This document shows positions 12,101 through 24,097 of a DNA stretch of 64,000 bases, in pieces; position 1 is the first letter of the stretch, and every line of letters begins with the position of its first letter. The stretch comes from Naegleria gruberi (taxonomy: Eukaryota), in the NCBI GenBank assembly GCA_000004985.1, contig GG738882.1. One strand, written 5' to 3'. The notes under the pieces were generated by a model, which was given only the letters and a program-made list of their open reading frames with translations, had not been told where the DNA came from and made no database searches. A program made the position numbers and the translations under genes.

Positions 12101-15100
12101 TATTGTATTAGAAGATACCTCCACCAAAATGTTATTCCATTCGTTTCTAAAATGATTCCTATTCAAAACTTGAATAAGGTAAAGATCTCTCCTAAGAATG
12201 GAATCATAGTCAGAGTGGATCAAAATGAAATTGATTCACCACTCATTCAAGATCATTTAACCTGCCTAAATATACAAACAGCACATAATATCATTGATAA
12301 CTTGGGTGTTAAGGATGAAAAGTCGGTTTTAAAGATTGATGAGTTATATGCTATTGATCATAAGGAGGCTATTCTCAAGCTTTCTTCACAAATTACTATT
12401 GGAAATAAGGAGCTAACACAAAACATGCCCTTCAAACTTTATACTTGGATTGATCAAAATCAAAAACTTTTGGATAGCGAAACAATAACCAAGATTGGTA
12501 AAAACTTAGGTGCTGAATTGTCAGAAACTCCATCTATTCCATCTGTTCTCAAGGCTATTGTAACAGTTTCTGAGAATTCTGTATCCCTATCACAAGACCA
12601 TCTTCATATTGCTCTTGATTATCTCGAAAAATATGATACAGAAAATAAGAATAGACTGCAAATTTACAAGAATATACTCCAATATCAGAACAATCTCAGC
12701 AGACTTGAAGTCATCAAAATTGTTGCTAAACTCCTTGATGATCTTGAACATTTTGATGAAAATGAATTTAGCCAATTTGTTGAAGATATTGACTATAGAA
12801 TTTGGATTCCTCTCATTCCTCAAATTTTCAGCTTGTTTGGAGAATACTATCCTTACATCAAGTCTGTTATTCTCAAGTTAGGGAAGCACAGACTTCAAAG
12901 TATTATTTATCCATCTGTTGTTAGGTACCTTGAGCACGCAAAAAATGGTACTGATATAATTGCTGAACTTAGAAAAATTAATCCAGAGATGGTGAACAGC
13001 GTTGTTTCCTTTGTTTTAGAGTGTAAGAGGATGACTCACACATGGTTCGATTTATGGTTACAAACCTTAACTGGTTGCAGAAAGTATCTTACCAAGACTG
13101 GTATAAAGAGCCAAAAATTTCAAATATTGCTCGAACAGACATACAACGTTACCATGAACGCTGAGCCAGAAAGCAAGGTAGAACAAATGTTCCAAATTCA
13201 ATATCAGTCCATTCTTAACATGATTTATCATAGTTTATTGGAATTAAGTTATCGTACTGGTGAAATTACTGATGATGAAATTGATATCACCAAACAAAAA
13301 TTATTAGATTTGACTCACCAAATATCAAGAAGCTCCATCTTTAGAGAATTCAATGCTGAGGATGTAGTTCCAAAGCTTCTCAACTATGAAGTTCTGAAGA
13401 ATATTCCAATTCCAGGCTTGCACTTGCACGGTACCTCTAATGAAGATAGTTTGGTCACTATTGAGTCAATTAGTAGTAAGGTTAAAGTATTAGGATCAAA
13501 GACCAAACCAAAGAAAATTGTTTTTATGGGCAATAACGGCAAATACTTTAAATTCTTACTTAAAGGTAAAGAAGATCTCAGACTTGATCAACGTATGCAA
13601 CAATTTATCGGTATTACCAATATGATTTTCAAGTATAGTGACAATCCACATTTGAGAAACAGAGCCTATGATGTTACACCACTTGGTAAAAATTGTGGTT
13701 TGATTGAGTGGATAGATAATACGCAAACTATCTTTAGTCTTTACAAGAAGAAAGACAGTATCTACAAGCCAATGGATCACTACTACAAGTGCTTGTTACC
13801 AATTATCAAATCTGAAAATATTACTAAGCAGCCTTACCCAACTTCAGTTTTAAAGAAGGTTTACGCTAAATGTAAATCCACCATTGATAAGGAAGAAGGA
13901 ATTAATAGTGTAGATACTTTACAAAGACACATTCTCTTTAATCCTGCTCAAACCTCCATTAATAGCAGCTTTGAATCACAAAGAAACTTTGTATTGTCTA
14001 CAGCTTGTATGTCTACAATTGGTTATCTTGTTGGTTTGGGTGACAGACACTTGGATAATATTTTGATGGACTCTTACACCAACGAAGTTATTCACATCGA
14101 TTACCAAATTTGTTTTAATCAAGGATCAAACCTTCCTGTTCCAGAAATTGTTCCTTTCCGTTTGACTCCTTGCATTGCAATGGCTATTGGAGATGGTGTA
14201 ATGAGAACAAAATTCTCTAGTGTTTGTGAAAAGACACTTTCTTCTCTTCATAAGGAAAAGAATTTGCTTTTGAAATTATTGATGACCTTTATTAGTGATC
14301 CACTTATTGACCAAACTTCTGATCAACAACTCTATTCCATCTTTGACAAGCAATTGGACTCTCTATTCTTGGAACAAGTCATTGAAAAGAAGGAAAGTAT
14401 TTGTGATGAATTCAAGGCTACTGCAGAAGGTATTGCTTCTCTTGATATACTTGATGAAGTACCATCATCAGATCAAACTCAAATCGAAGAATATTGTCTC
14501 ATTCTTGATAATAAGAAAAAGTTACAACAAGAGCTTGAACACTTAAGTGTTAGCTCCTTTGAAAACATTCCAATGTTGAAAGAAAAGTTAGAACAGGAAC
14601 ACTCAAGAATTTCTGGTGAAAAGTCTAATTTGAACACTTTGTTAGAAGATCAATTGAAGAAATTCAGCGACGAATCACATGCTCACTTCAACTTGTTCAA
14701 TACTTTGAAATCTAGAGAATTTAACAATAACCATCTTGCTATTTCCATTTCTAAACCAGAACCTCTTTTACGTCATGTTCTTCCTTATCTTTCCATTGAC
14801 TTTACTGATTACAAGTTGAGAGAAGCTGCCATAGAAGAGAAGCAAATGAAACTCAGAAATATCAATTTAGATCTCACTAACTCCCTAAGAGAAATTCAAC
14901 TTATTTACAAGAGTTATACTGACATGGAATACATTAGTCATGATATCAAATATGTAATTTCCAACGTATTGCATCGTTTACTGATCTGTAAAGATGCAAG
15001 CCAATTTGATTCAATTATCAGGTCTATCTCTGAACCAGAGCAAGAGCTTGTTGAAATTATTAGAGAAGTTGATGACGAACTCGAAAAGATGAACAGGGAT

Positions 15101-17167
15101 TTGGTTTATCTTGAAAATAAGCAAGTCAACCATCCACCTATGACTCAATATGGTCAACAAACTGTAGATTGTTCTTTATTATTGAACCAACTTATTGTTG
15201 AAGTTGTTGAAAGCTCAAACACTATGCAACCTTCTGAACCACAAGTCTATGATCTTTGTGATTGGTGTGGTTTTAGAAATCTCCTTAAAATTGAAGGATG
15301 TATCACTTTCTGTTACGACAGTATTCCAACCATTCAACAACTTACTCCAACAAAGGATCAATTAGCACTCCTCTCAACTGGTATTAGCAACATTACCAAT
15401 GCTGTTAGACAATTTTTGGACAACTTAATGTTTGTTATTATTCCAGAGTTTATTACAGCACTTTCCCAATCTGATGCTGTTCGTCAACTTTTGGCTTCTG
15501 TTACTACACTTTTCCAAACTGCTGATATGAGCCCACAACAAAAAATGTTGGCCTATCAACTCAATATTAGCAACAAAGGATCTAGTGCTAATGTCTTGTG
15601 TTTAGCATTTGATTCACAATTCTCCCAACTAGAAATTCCATTCAAAGAATTGAGTTTAATTCCAGGTGTTTCTGATTTAATCATTGCCACCAAGTTGGAT
15701 ACTCTTAATGATATTTTTGTTGAATTGTTGAACTATAATCCATCTTACAACCAATCTCTGTTCAACATCCTCAATATTATGAAGGATCACATCGACACCT
15801 TTGTTGAAAAGATTACAGTCCCTACCTTGACTCAAACATTGCAACAATGGAATATCTATGACCCTTATGTTACCAATACCTTTAATAGCAACGAAGTTCT
15901 TGTGCACACTATTCAAAAGCTTTATGCAAACTTTGAAGAATTCGGTAATAATATGGTTCAAAAGCTATGTGCACCAAGAACAAAGGAATGTTTCATTCGT
16001 TTGCAACATTTGATTTGGAACAATCAATTTAGTGGTCAATTGAGCATCAAGAATAAGGATATTGTACACTGGAAGGAATTAATGCTAGAAAAGCTTGAAA
16101 AGTCTATCAAGCAATATGCCACCACAAAGGACGAACTCTACCAAGATTTGGTTGATTTGCAAAACTTAGAAAGCACCAAGTATCTTGCAATTTGCAAACC
16201 TCTCCTCAATGAGTCACAATTCAATGGCCTCCTTACAAATATTGCTTCCAGAAATATGAACTATGATATTATGCTCAAGACTATTCATAGCGAAATCCTA
16301 TTGGCTAAGTCAATTCTTACTGTAGAAAAGAAAGATAGACAACTTCCATTTGATACTAGCGATATGGAATCAATCTATGGTAGTGAATGTTATGGTGTAA
16401 TTAAGCGCTTATTGAGCACACATGAAAAGGAAATTCAATATAACAAGGAATACACAGATTTGACAAACCAAAAGGAAAGATATGATGAACTTCAAAATGA
16501 TATTGCTGTTTTAGTTGAAAAGTTGAAGGAACCTGAACTCGTCAACGTTCAATCTAACCAAATGAATTATTCAGATCTTGTCAGATCCAAATTCATTGCC
16601 CCATACAAGCAATTAGCTAAGACAATTTCCTCCTACATGAATATGATTTCTCAATTGATTAGTGTATTGCAATCTATGATCGAACTGAGTAGCTTCCACA
16701 AAGTCTTTAGACAATACTTGCAAATGATTGAAGCCAAACTTACAAATCATTATGAAGTTGTGAATCAATACTTTATAGATTGTAATGATTCGCTTGAGTT
16801 TAAGAAAGACTCAACTGACTCTTTATTCCATTATCAACATCATGCTCGTCTCACGACAAGAACAAGAGAGCTTAAGAATTCTGTTGATGAAATGTTTGAC
16901 TATACCATTGAACAAATCAATGAAATTTCTAAACAAATCGAAGAACAATCATATATTGAAAGTGTTCATGATGATTTACTTCCTCCTCAACAAAAGAATA
17001 CTAACAATAATTATGATGGTAATTTCATTGTCAATCTAGTTGGAAAGAGACTTAATGAAGCTGACTCAGAGGAAAAGGTCAAGGCCATCATTTCCAAGCA
17101 AATCGATTTGGCAAGCAGTGAGGAAAACCTCTCAAAGATGTATAAGGGTTGGATTCCATGGTTGTAA
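9114..17167 (+). CDS. SMG1: SMG1-like PIKK-family protein kinase (nonsense-mediated decay kinase), about 2680 aa; exons 9114..9388 and 9433..17167
   Basis: A 44-nt GTATGT..TTTAG intron joins the 119-aa ORF to the 2580-aa ORF in frame (...QQSK|STPQDIVFG...). The PI3K-like catalytic motifs are LVGLGDRHLDNILMD and HIDYQICFNQGSNLPVPEIVPFRLT (the HIDYNVCF form typical of SMG1). A roughly 1000-aa insertion follows the kinase domain and the protein ends in a FATC-like ...MYKGWIPWL. Confidence 0.8.
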
Positions 17168-17181
17168 ACTAATCTTTCAAT

Positions 17182-18177
17182 TTATAAAAGTTCATCTATT
17201 TTACAATCTTTCACTGTAAATTCTTTACCGTGAGGACTTTTGTCTGTATTTCTGGAAACATTTAATTTGAGTTCTAATGGGATATGTTTCGAGGTCAAAC
17301 TTCCCAATGCAACACTCATCATGTGGTCTCTTGTATAATTTCGTATCACTACAAAATCCCACTCTGCTGAATTATCTTGTCCATCCACAAATATCTTAAT
17401 TTTATCTTGCTTATTTTCGAAATGCTCACTTGGAAGCGAAATTTGATCCATTCTTTCACAATTAATACACTCCTCTAACACTGTACTTGGCTTATTAAAT
17501 CTGAATTCAATTCTTGTTAATTCTCCAAAACTCAGACCCATTCCTAATGCTTTTATGAATGATTCCTTCAAAGTCCAATGTATGAAAAATCTCTCCATTG
17601 TTTCCTTTTTAATAGTTTCGTCTGTACAAACATCAAGTTGTTTCAGTAATAGTTCAAAATTATTATTATTTTCTTGAGAGGTATGCAGAGGATATAATAT
17701 TGTATTCCACTCCCTATCAGTAAAACATGATCTCATCAAATCATAAAACTCAGTCAATGCCAAATTCCACTTATCATCAAGCTTGGTATCTCTCACATGA
17801 ACTTCTTCAATATCCAATCCTAACACTTTTTCATTATCCTTTCCATGATAATAACCAAACAAAACCCACTGTCCCGAATGAGAAATATTAAAATCAATAG
17901 AAGATGATTCATTTCTAATTTTCTTAAGATATGGCTTTCCGTATTTACATTGTTCGATATTTAATAAATTTGTAATATCCTTTTTTAAATAGTATCGACA
18001 CAAGGCTTTTCCGATAAGTGATCGGTAACGATCCAAAACCTGATAAAACCTTCCGATCTTTATTTGCTCCTGATGATTTAAATATTCATCGGAGAGGTGT
18101 TTGAATTGTTTGTCCAAGGCTTCTTGTTGTTCCTTCACGTTGAAGAGAAATAATTTCAAAGCAAAACTTTGATTCAT
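17182..18177 (-). CDS. 4'-phosphopantetheinyl transferase (Sfp/Lys5/AASDHPPT type)
   Basis: Motifs KYGKPYL, FNISHSGQWV, GLDIEEV and FIHWTLKESFIKALG (the W..KE..K..G motif) are present. Confidence 0.85.
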   Translation of the reverse strand: MNQSFALKLFLFNVKEQQEALDKQFKHLSDEYLNHQEQIKIGRFYQVLDRYRSLIGKALCRYYLKKDITNLLNIEQCKYGKPYLKKIRNESSSIDFNISHSGQWVLFGYYHGKDNEKVLGLDIEEVHVRDTKLDDKWNLALTEFYDLMRSCFTDREWNTILYPLHTSQENNNNFELLLKQLDVCTDETIKKETMERFFIHWTLKESFIKALGMGLSFGELTRIEFRFNKPSTVLEECINCERMDQISLPSEHFENKQDKIKIFVDGQDNSAEWDFVVIRNYTRDHMMSVALGSLTSKHIPLELKLNVSRNTDKSPHGKEFTVKDCKIDELL

Positions 18178-18316
18178 TTTTTTAATAAAATTAAATTCAT
18201 TAATTATTGAATATTACTAAATATTAAAGTATACTATTTAATTTCATATTAAAAGAGTAGATGGTTGTATAAAAGAGGAAAATTAAAATATCTTTTCAAA
18301 AACAATAGAAAAAAAA

Positions 18317-19296
18317 ATGGGACAAGAACAAACAAAGCCAACATCATCGGAGCCTTCAACTCCATCAACTCCTTCATCAATTAATATTCCCTATACATCG
18401 TTTTCTGTTCCTAAAATTCAGGGAGCTTCATCTAGTGCCTTGAGAAAACTTTCAATCTTGGGAACACCAACAAAATCCTCAACAACACCAACAGGTGATC
18501 AAAAAACACAAAAAACCGGAGATGATGATATTATAGCTGTGGTGACTCTTGATGGACAGGGAGAAGCAAAAGTGGATGAAACATTTCCAGATGGAATTAA
18601 TGATGTAATTGATAGTAGAAATAATAATGAAAAGGATGATTTATTAAGAGAATTAAAACAATTGGCAGAATTTTATCCTTTGATACGATCAAAAGTGGAA
18701 CAAAAATCGTCAACTTTATCTAGTATTTTGAAATTTAATGCAAAGGATTATTTTTCTACATCTAATAATAATCCAAATGTATTTACTGATCCATCACTTA
18801 AAGAATTAGATTGTATAGATGCTAAACCTCTAGTGGATATTTGTGCAGAGTTCCAAACAAATGCTATGCATCAAAGTAAGTGTTTAAAATAGTAGTGGAA
18901 GAATGTAACATTCTGGTTTATTATAGATCGAGCTGTGGCCTTCAGACAAGAGGAAGTTTTAAAGTTATTGACAGCCACCTGTATAAAATCTAACAATACA
19001 CACAAATTATTGGAAAGGAAGAATGCTGAATTGCAGAATGTTGCATCAGAATTAAGAGATGGTATGTTCACTTTGATTTCACATTTTAACAATTGATTTT
19101 AGCTGAAAGATTGAATAGATATGTGGAACAAACAAGAAAATATGTAGATTTAATAATTTTACAAGTTCAAGAATTGGAATCTCTGCTTCCTCATTCAGTA
19201 AGAGCATCAATAGATACACCTCTCTTTGAAAAATGTAATAGTGAACCTTTATTCTCTGAACCAACAGAACAAAACAATGCAATTGAAAAATAAATT
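18317..19296 (+). CDS. N-myristoylated (MGQEQT...) coiled-coil protein of unknown function; 3 exons: 18317..18875, 18927..19061, 19103..19296
   Basis: GTAAGT/GTATGT donors and tag/tttag acceptors are present, and the frames join as ...NAMHQ|NRAVAFRQEEV...ELRD|AERLNRYVEQ.... The N-terminus begins MGxxxT, and the S/T/P-rich region is followed by coiled-coil. Confidence 0.5.
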
Positions 19297-19342
19297 AAAT
19301 AATTTAATACTACAAGTTGACATATTTTACAATTGAGAATTC

Positions 19343-20769
19343 TTAATGTTTCTTCTTTCCAAGATTGAAAGCAAGAAAACTATTCACTGTTGGATCACCA
19401 AATATACAACCTAAAGTTCCATCCTCTTCTTCTAAAGGTTCATATTTTTCTTTATCAGTTGTTCGTTCATCAGCAGGTTTCAAATGTCTCATCCAAAAAG
19501 CTCTGTCATACGCTTTCAATAAATAGTATTCATATCTGTGATTGATTTGGAAATCTGGATCCACCTCAAATAATCCCTTAGCAAATAAATCTAGTTCCTT
19601 ATGTGTCTTGAACAGCACACTCTTCTTTTTGAGATACTTGCTTGTTTCATTATTTTCACTAAAGAACTTTTGTTTGAAAGCATCATCCAATTCAAATTCC
19701 ATTTCTCCACAACCGTCTTCTCTCAAAGTTTTAACATAGTTTGCAAGAGGAAGAGGGAATGAATTTAATGAATCTGATAATCCCAAATTTTGTAAAATTT
19801 CATCTATGAATTGTTGGCAATTACCAGTCTAAAGATGCATGTCAGAAATTATGATTGTCTAAATACTTACACCACCCTCTGGTTCTCCCTTTTGTTGTTT
19901 ATAGAAAACACCAGTATTCCACTTCACAATAGTTTCGGCAAGTTTATCTCTTACGAAATCCAATTCATCCAAACTAGCAATACTTTCAATATCAGCACAA
20001 ACTAGGGCATAATTACCAGTAACAGTACGTGGAATACATAATGATGAATTATTCCATTCAATCTAATAAAATAATTATGACTTGAAATTCCCAATAACTA
20101 TAAACATACCTTCCAACATCCAACAGATAAAGCAATATGGAAAAATCCAAATGGTGCCTTTCTCTTTTCCATATCTACAAATGGTGAAATCATCTTTTTC
20201 AAATTCTTTTCCAATGAATTTTTGCTAGTTTCAGCAACAATAAGTTTGATTCTAATTTTGTTATTATCGAGCTCAGTATAAGGATTTTGGAAAGGTAATC
20301 CAGAATCCGTCAATTCACTAGTATCATCTTCGTCATCGTCATCAAATTCGTGATCATTTTCTCCGTTAGCACCACTACTTCTACGAGGTCTACTACTACT
20401 AGCACTGGCACTAGCATTACCTTCAACAGAAAGTTCTGAACCACCAATAGGTGAAGCAGAAGCTTGTGAACTATATTTCATTGTTGCTCTTTGAATACCA
20501 GTTGGTTTAATCATCTTTAAATCTTTAATTGACCTTTGCAGTTCCTTTGCCTTTTCAAAATTTGTATGTAAATAAATTTCCTTTAATCGATTCTTATCAG
20601 ATAATATTGTTGCAAATTTATCAAGACTTTCTCCTTGTAATTTATCTCCGTAGAGAGTTTGTAATTTTTGAATAACGACCTTCTTTCCACTATCTTCATC
20701 AGCCTGATTAAAAGTATTTAAATCATTATTGGTAGTGTTGGTACTTGGTCGACTCGGATTTATTCCCAT
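19343..20769 (-). CDS. N-myristoylated protein with a papain-like His..Cys thiol-hydrolase-like domain (PPPDE/DeSI- or LRAT-like); 3 exons: 20109..20769, 19871..20062, 19343..19828
   Basis: The start is MGINPS. Exon 1 ends ...GFFHIALSVGCWK at a GTATGT donor, exon 2 reads IEWNN...KGEPEGG, and exon 3 begins TGNCQQFIDEILQNLG (a NCxxF Cys motif about 75 aa after the His). Introns of 46 and 42 nt keep phase. The 147-aa track ORF starts at TTG. Confidence 0.45.
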
Positions 20770-21163
20770 CTTGTGTTGTTGTTGATATTGTTATTATTAT
20801 TATTTGTTGATTGTTGATTATTATATAATTAATTATGATGTTATTGTACAAATGGTGATGAAATACAAAAAACACCAATTCCGTATTATTATTGCTGTTG
20901 TTATTAATACTACTACAAAAAATTTAAGTAATGATGATGATGGTGTTGGTGTTGGTGAAAAAACAAAAACTCTTCAAGTTGTTTCTTTTCCAAGTTGTTG
21001 AAATTTTTTCTAAAAATTCATCTTTCCAACTTTGAGAATCTCAAAAATAGCAAAATGAAAAAAACATGAATTTTCAGAACAATGAACAGAGTTTATCAAT
21101 TTACTAGAGAACTATTGGGGAGAGATGTATAATCTTTCCAGAATTGAAAATGGAATACTTGTT

Positions 21164-22685
21164 TTATTGTTTGCCATTTGATTTGATGCAAATATCATAC
21201 CCAGAGTAGAGAACATTACCCATGGCACAAATCTTTTTCAATTTACAAGGTTTGTCAAAATGACATACATTTTTTGGATAACCAGCTCCAAATCTGAGAG
21301 CAAACTTGTCCCATTGCTCCTTAACTGGATTCAATTGATTGAAAATTAAGCCGTTAATTGAGGCAGGAGATAGATCAGTAAGGCCATATCCATTAATAAA
21401 ATCATATTCCATTGACCAAGTAATTTTACCATCGAGATTGGCTTTAGTCAAGTTTGCAACAAAGGTAAAGATATTTTCGAGTTGGAAAGTTTGCTTATTG
21501 TACTGAACAAGTCTGAATGAAGGATTATGTTCTTCCCATTGAGTGACAGCAGGTGTTACGTAGGCAACTCCAGTTGGCTTGGTTGAGGTAGCAACATCTT
21601 TGAAAACCTTGAGGTGATCATTGTGAGTGTGACCATAGAATTGACCAACAAGAATGGAGCTATATCTTTCAACAATTTTTGACATGCCCAAATTGAATTC
21701 TCCAGTACTTTCCTCCAATGAGCTACTTGTAGAAATTCCTGGTGGAATGTGACCGAGGATAACAACCTTTTCATTGGCAGCTTGAGCAGCAGCCAAAGTA
21801 GTATTAAGCCATGCAAGTTGTTGACCTGGATCTTTATCAGTTGTGGAAAGGAGCCAGAAATTGAGAGGATTACAAAATTGAGTATTAATAACAACAGCTC
21901 TAAATCCAGGTTCCAACAAGACTGTATAATAACCCATTTCTTTGAAGGAATTGAGGGCTGCAGGTCCATCTGGGAATGAATTAAAACTGAATTGGAATGC
22001 ATCACCAACAGGATGTAAATACCAAGCATTCTTTGATGGATCCAATGGTGTTAAATTAATCGGTGCCATGTCATGATTGCCCATTGATGGAATAATTCTA
22101 TTTTGGAATTTAGATCCAGAAAGTCCTGATCTAAGAGCATTAGCAACCAACAATCCATAATTCAAATTATATTCCTGATTGTAATTCCAATCATCATGAG
22201 CCAAATTATCACTATTACAATAAAATTACAATAAGAGTTATATCAATAATTATTAATAAATATACGAATTATCATTTCAATATATCAAAAACAACAATAT
22301 TAGCAACTACTAACCCTCCATAAAACACAAAACTAGCCTCCAATGGATAAGTCTTTATAAAATCCAAAGCACTCATAAAAGTTTCCAATGGAATATCACA
22401 CGGACCATAACTTCCAAATCTTCCAGCCTTTGTAGAATTACCAGGCGATGATTTTCTACAACAAATCAACTCTCCACACTCAACACTAGATCCCTGTGAA
22501 TAATCAGAGTCTAAATGTGGATCCGTCACATGCCAAAAGAATCCACTATTTGATGAAGAACCACTATTGATTTTAATTATTGGTGAAGCTGATTGAACAT
22601 TTTCCAACAAGAAAATCATGAAAATAACCAACAACAAGTAAATTGAACCACTAATAACAATCCTATTCATGTTGTTGATCATCAA
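21164..22685 (-). CDS. Acid sphingomyelinase-like phosphodiesterase (SMPDL3/ASM-like calcineurin-fold metallophosphoesterase), secreted; exons 22314..22685 and 21164..22211
   Basis: A signal peptide is followed by FWHVTDPHLD. A GTTAGT donor after ...FVFYGG opens a 102-nt intron, and exon 2 continues DNLAHDDWN... ending with VVILGHIPPG and GHTHNDHLKVF metallophosphatase motifs. Confidence 0.8.
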
Positions 22686-22947
22686 TTGTTTTTTTTGTAA
22701 TGATGATTATGTTGATGACTTATCGCACATGCAACAGAATCACTTTGTTCTGAATGGATATTTGATGTTGTTGAAGAATCATCACATCTAAGAATCAATA
22801 ATTTCTCAATATAATATAATTAATTTGATAAAAAACGATGAACATATATTGAGAAGTTGGAACAAGATGATCAATTAGAAAAAAATAACAAACTGTTAGC
22901 TGTTGTTGTTGTTGGCATTGGTGAATAGGAAAGAAGAAGAATAGAAA

Positions 22948-23822
22948 ATGAAATTAGTGTTGTGTTCCGATTTACATTTGGAATTTAAATTGGCTCGTGT
23001 GCCACCACTGTGTCCGAGTAGTAATAATTGTGGAGAGGGAAAGATAATTGCCTTGTTGGGTGATATTGGCAAGCCTGGATTACCCACTAAGAGTTATGAA
23101 AACTTTATTGAACAATGTGTTCAGGAGTACAAGTTTGATAAGGTGTTGATAATTATTGGAAATCATGAATATTATGGAGGGTTAGTAGTAGTTTAATATT
23201 TGAAATGGGTCAAGTGATAAATGAAATTAGTGAATATTTTGAGAGAAAGAAGGAAATTAAGGAAATTGTAAATAGTTATCCATCTGAAAAGGTATATTTA
23301 TTGGATAGAGATAGTTTATTAATTGAGGAACAAGATAAAAAGATTAGAATTTTAGGATGCACCCTGTGGTCTAATGTTCCTTCGAGATATGAAAGAGACA
23401 TTTCAAGTGCTATTAATGATTATAAGGTTATTAATATTAAGGATGGTGATAAAGCACCTCGAGTTCTCACAGTTGAAGATACCAATAGATTCCACAAGGA
23501 AGATGTGGAATGGATAAAATCTCAGTTGGAAATGACTAAGGAGAACAATGAAATAGCTGTAGTATTGACACATCATGCTCCCCTCACACAAGGGACATCT
23601 CATCCAAAGCATGATTCATCCATTTATAGCTATGCCTTTTCAACTCATTTGGAATCAATAATTAAGGAAAATCCTCAAATTAGGGTTTGGGGATATGGAC
23701 ATTCACATTACACTAATTCAATTCAATGTCATCTAACACAGGTAGTTAGTAATCAACTTGGATATCGTGTAGAGTTGGATAATGTGAATGGATTTGATCC
23801 GGATTTTTCCATAGATATCTAA
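22948..23822 (+). CDS. Calcineurin-like metallophosphoesterase; the junction between the two ORF segments (22948..23196 and 23205..23822) is unresolved
   Basis: The N-terminal part has CSDLHLE...LLGDIG...GNHEYYGG and the C-terminal part has VVLTHHAP...GYGHSHY. The segments are 1 nt out of frame, and no canonical GT..AG intron between GNHEYYGG and QVINEIS restores the frame. Confidence 0.5.
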
Positions 23823-24097
23823 AGGTCATTGTGATCAACCATTTATTGAAGTTGGAATACTGTATTGATGGACTTTGGCCTAGACCATTTCACTCCGCTG
23901 GTAAAATCTTTTTGATTTGTTTTTCAATCAATTTAATTATTGAATCCTTGATTACAACATTTGAATTAGAAATGTTTTGGAGTGTGGTTATATCCAATCA
24001 TTTCTGGAATGCACAATAATTCGTGGCATTACAAAATGGCAACGTTGCGAACAGTTAAATTCACAAAGTTAGTGGAGAGATCAACACCCAAAAAAAA

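Noticed and set aside
9794-16785. Track ORFs antisense to or inside the SMG1 gene (9794..10036, 10302..10544, 10663..10863, 11449..11775 and others)
   Set aside because: These are short AT-rich frames within or opposite a 2680-aa conserved coding sequence. Their composition is low-complexity and they are typical chance ORFs.
21556-22029. A 157-aa ORF in an alternative frame within the sphingomyelinase-like gene
   Set aside because: It sits entirely inside a well-conserved metallophosphoesterase reading frame and is a spurious overlapping frame.
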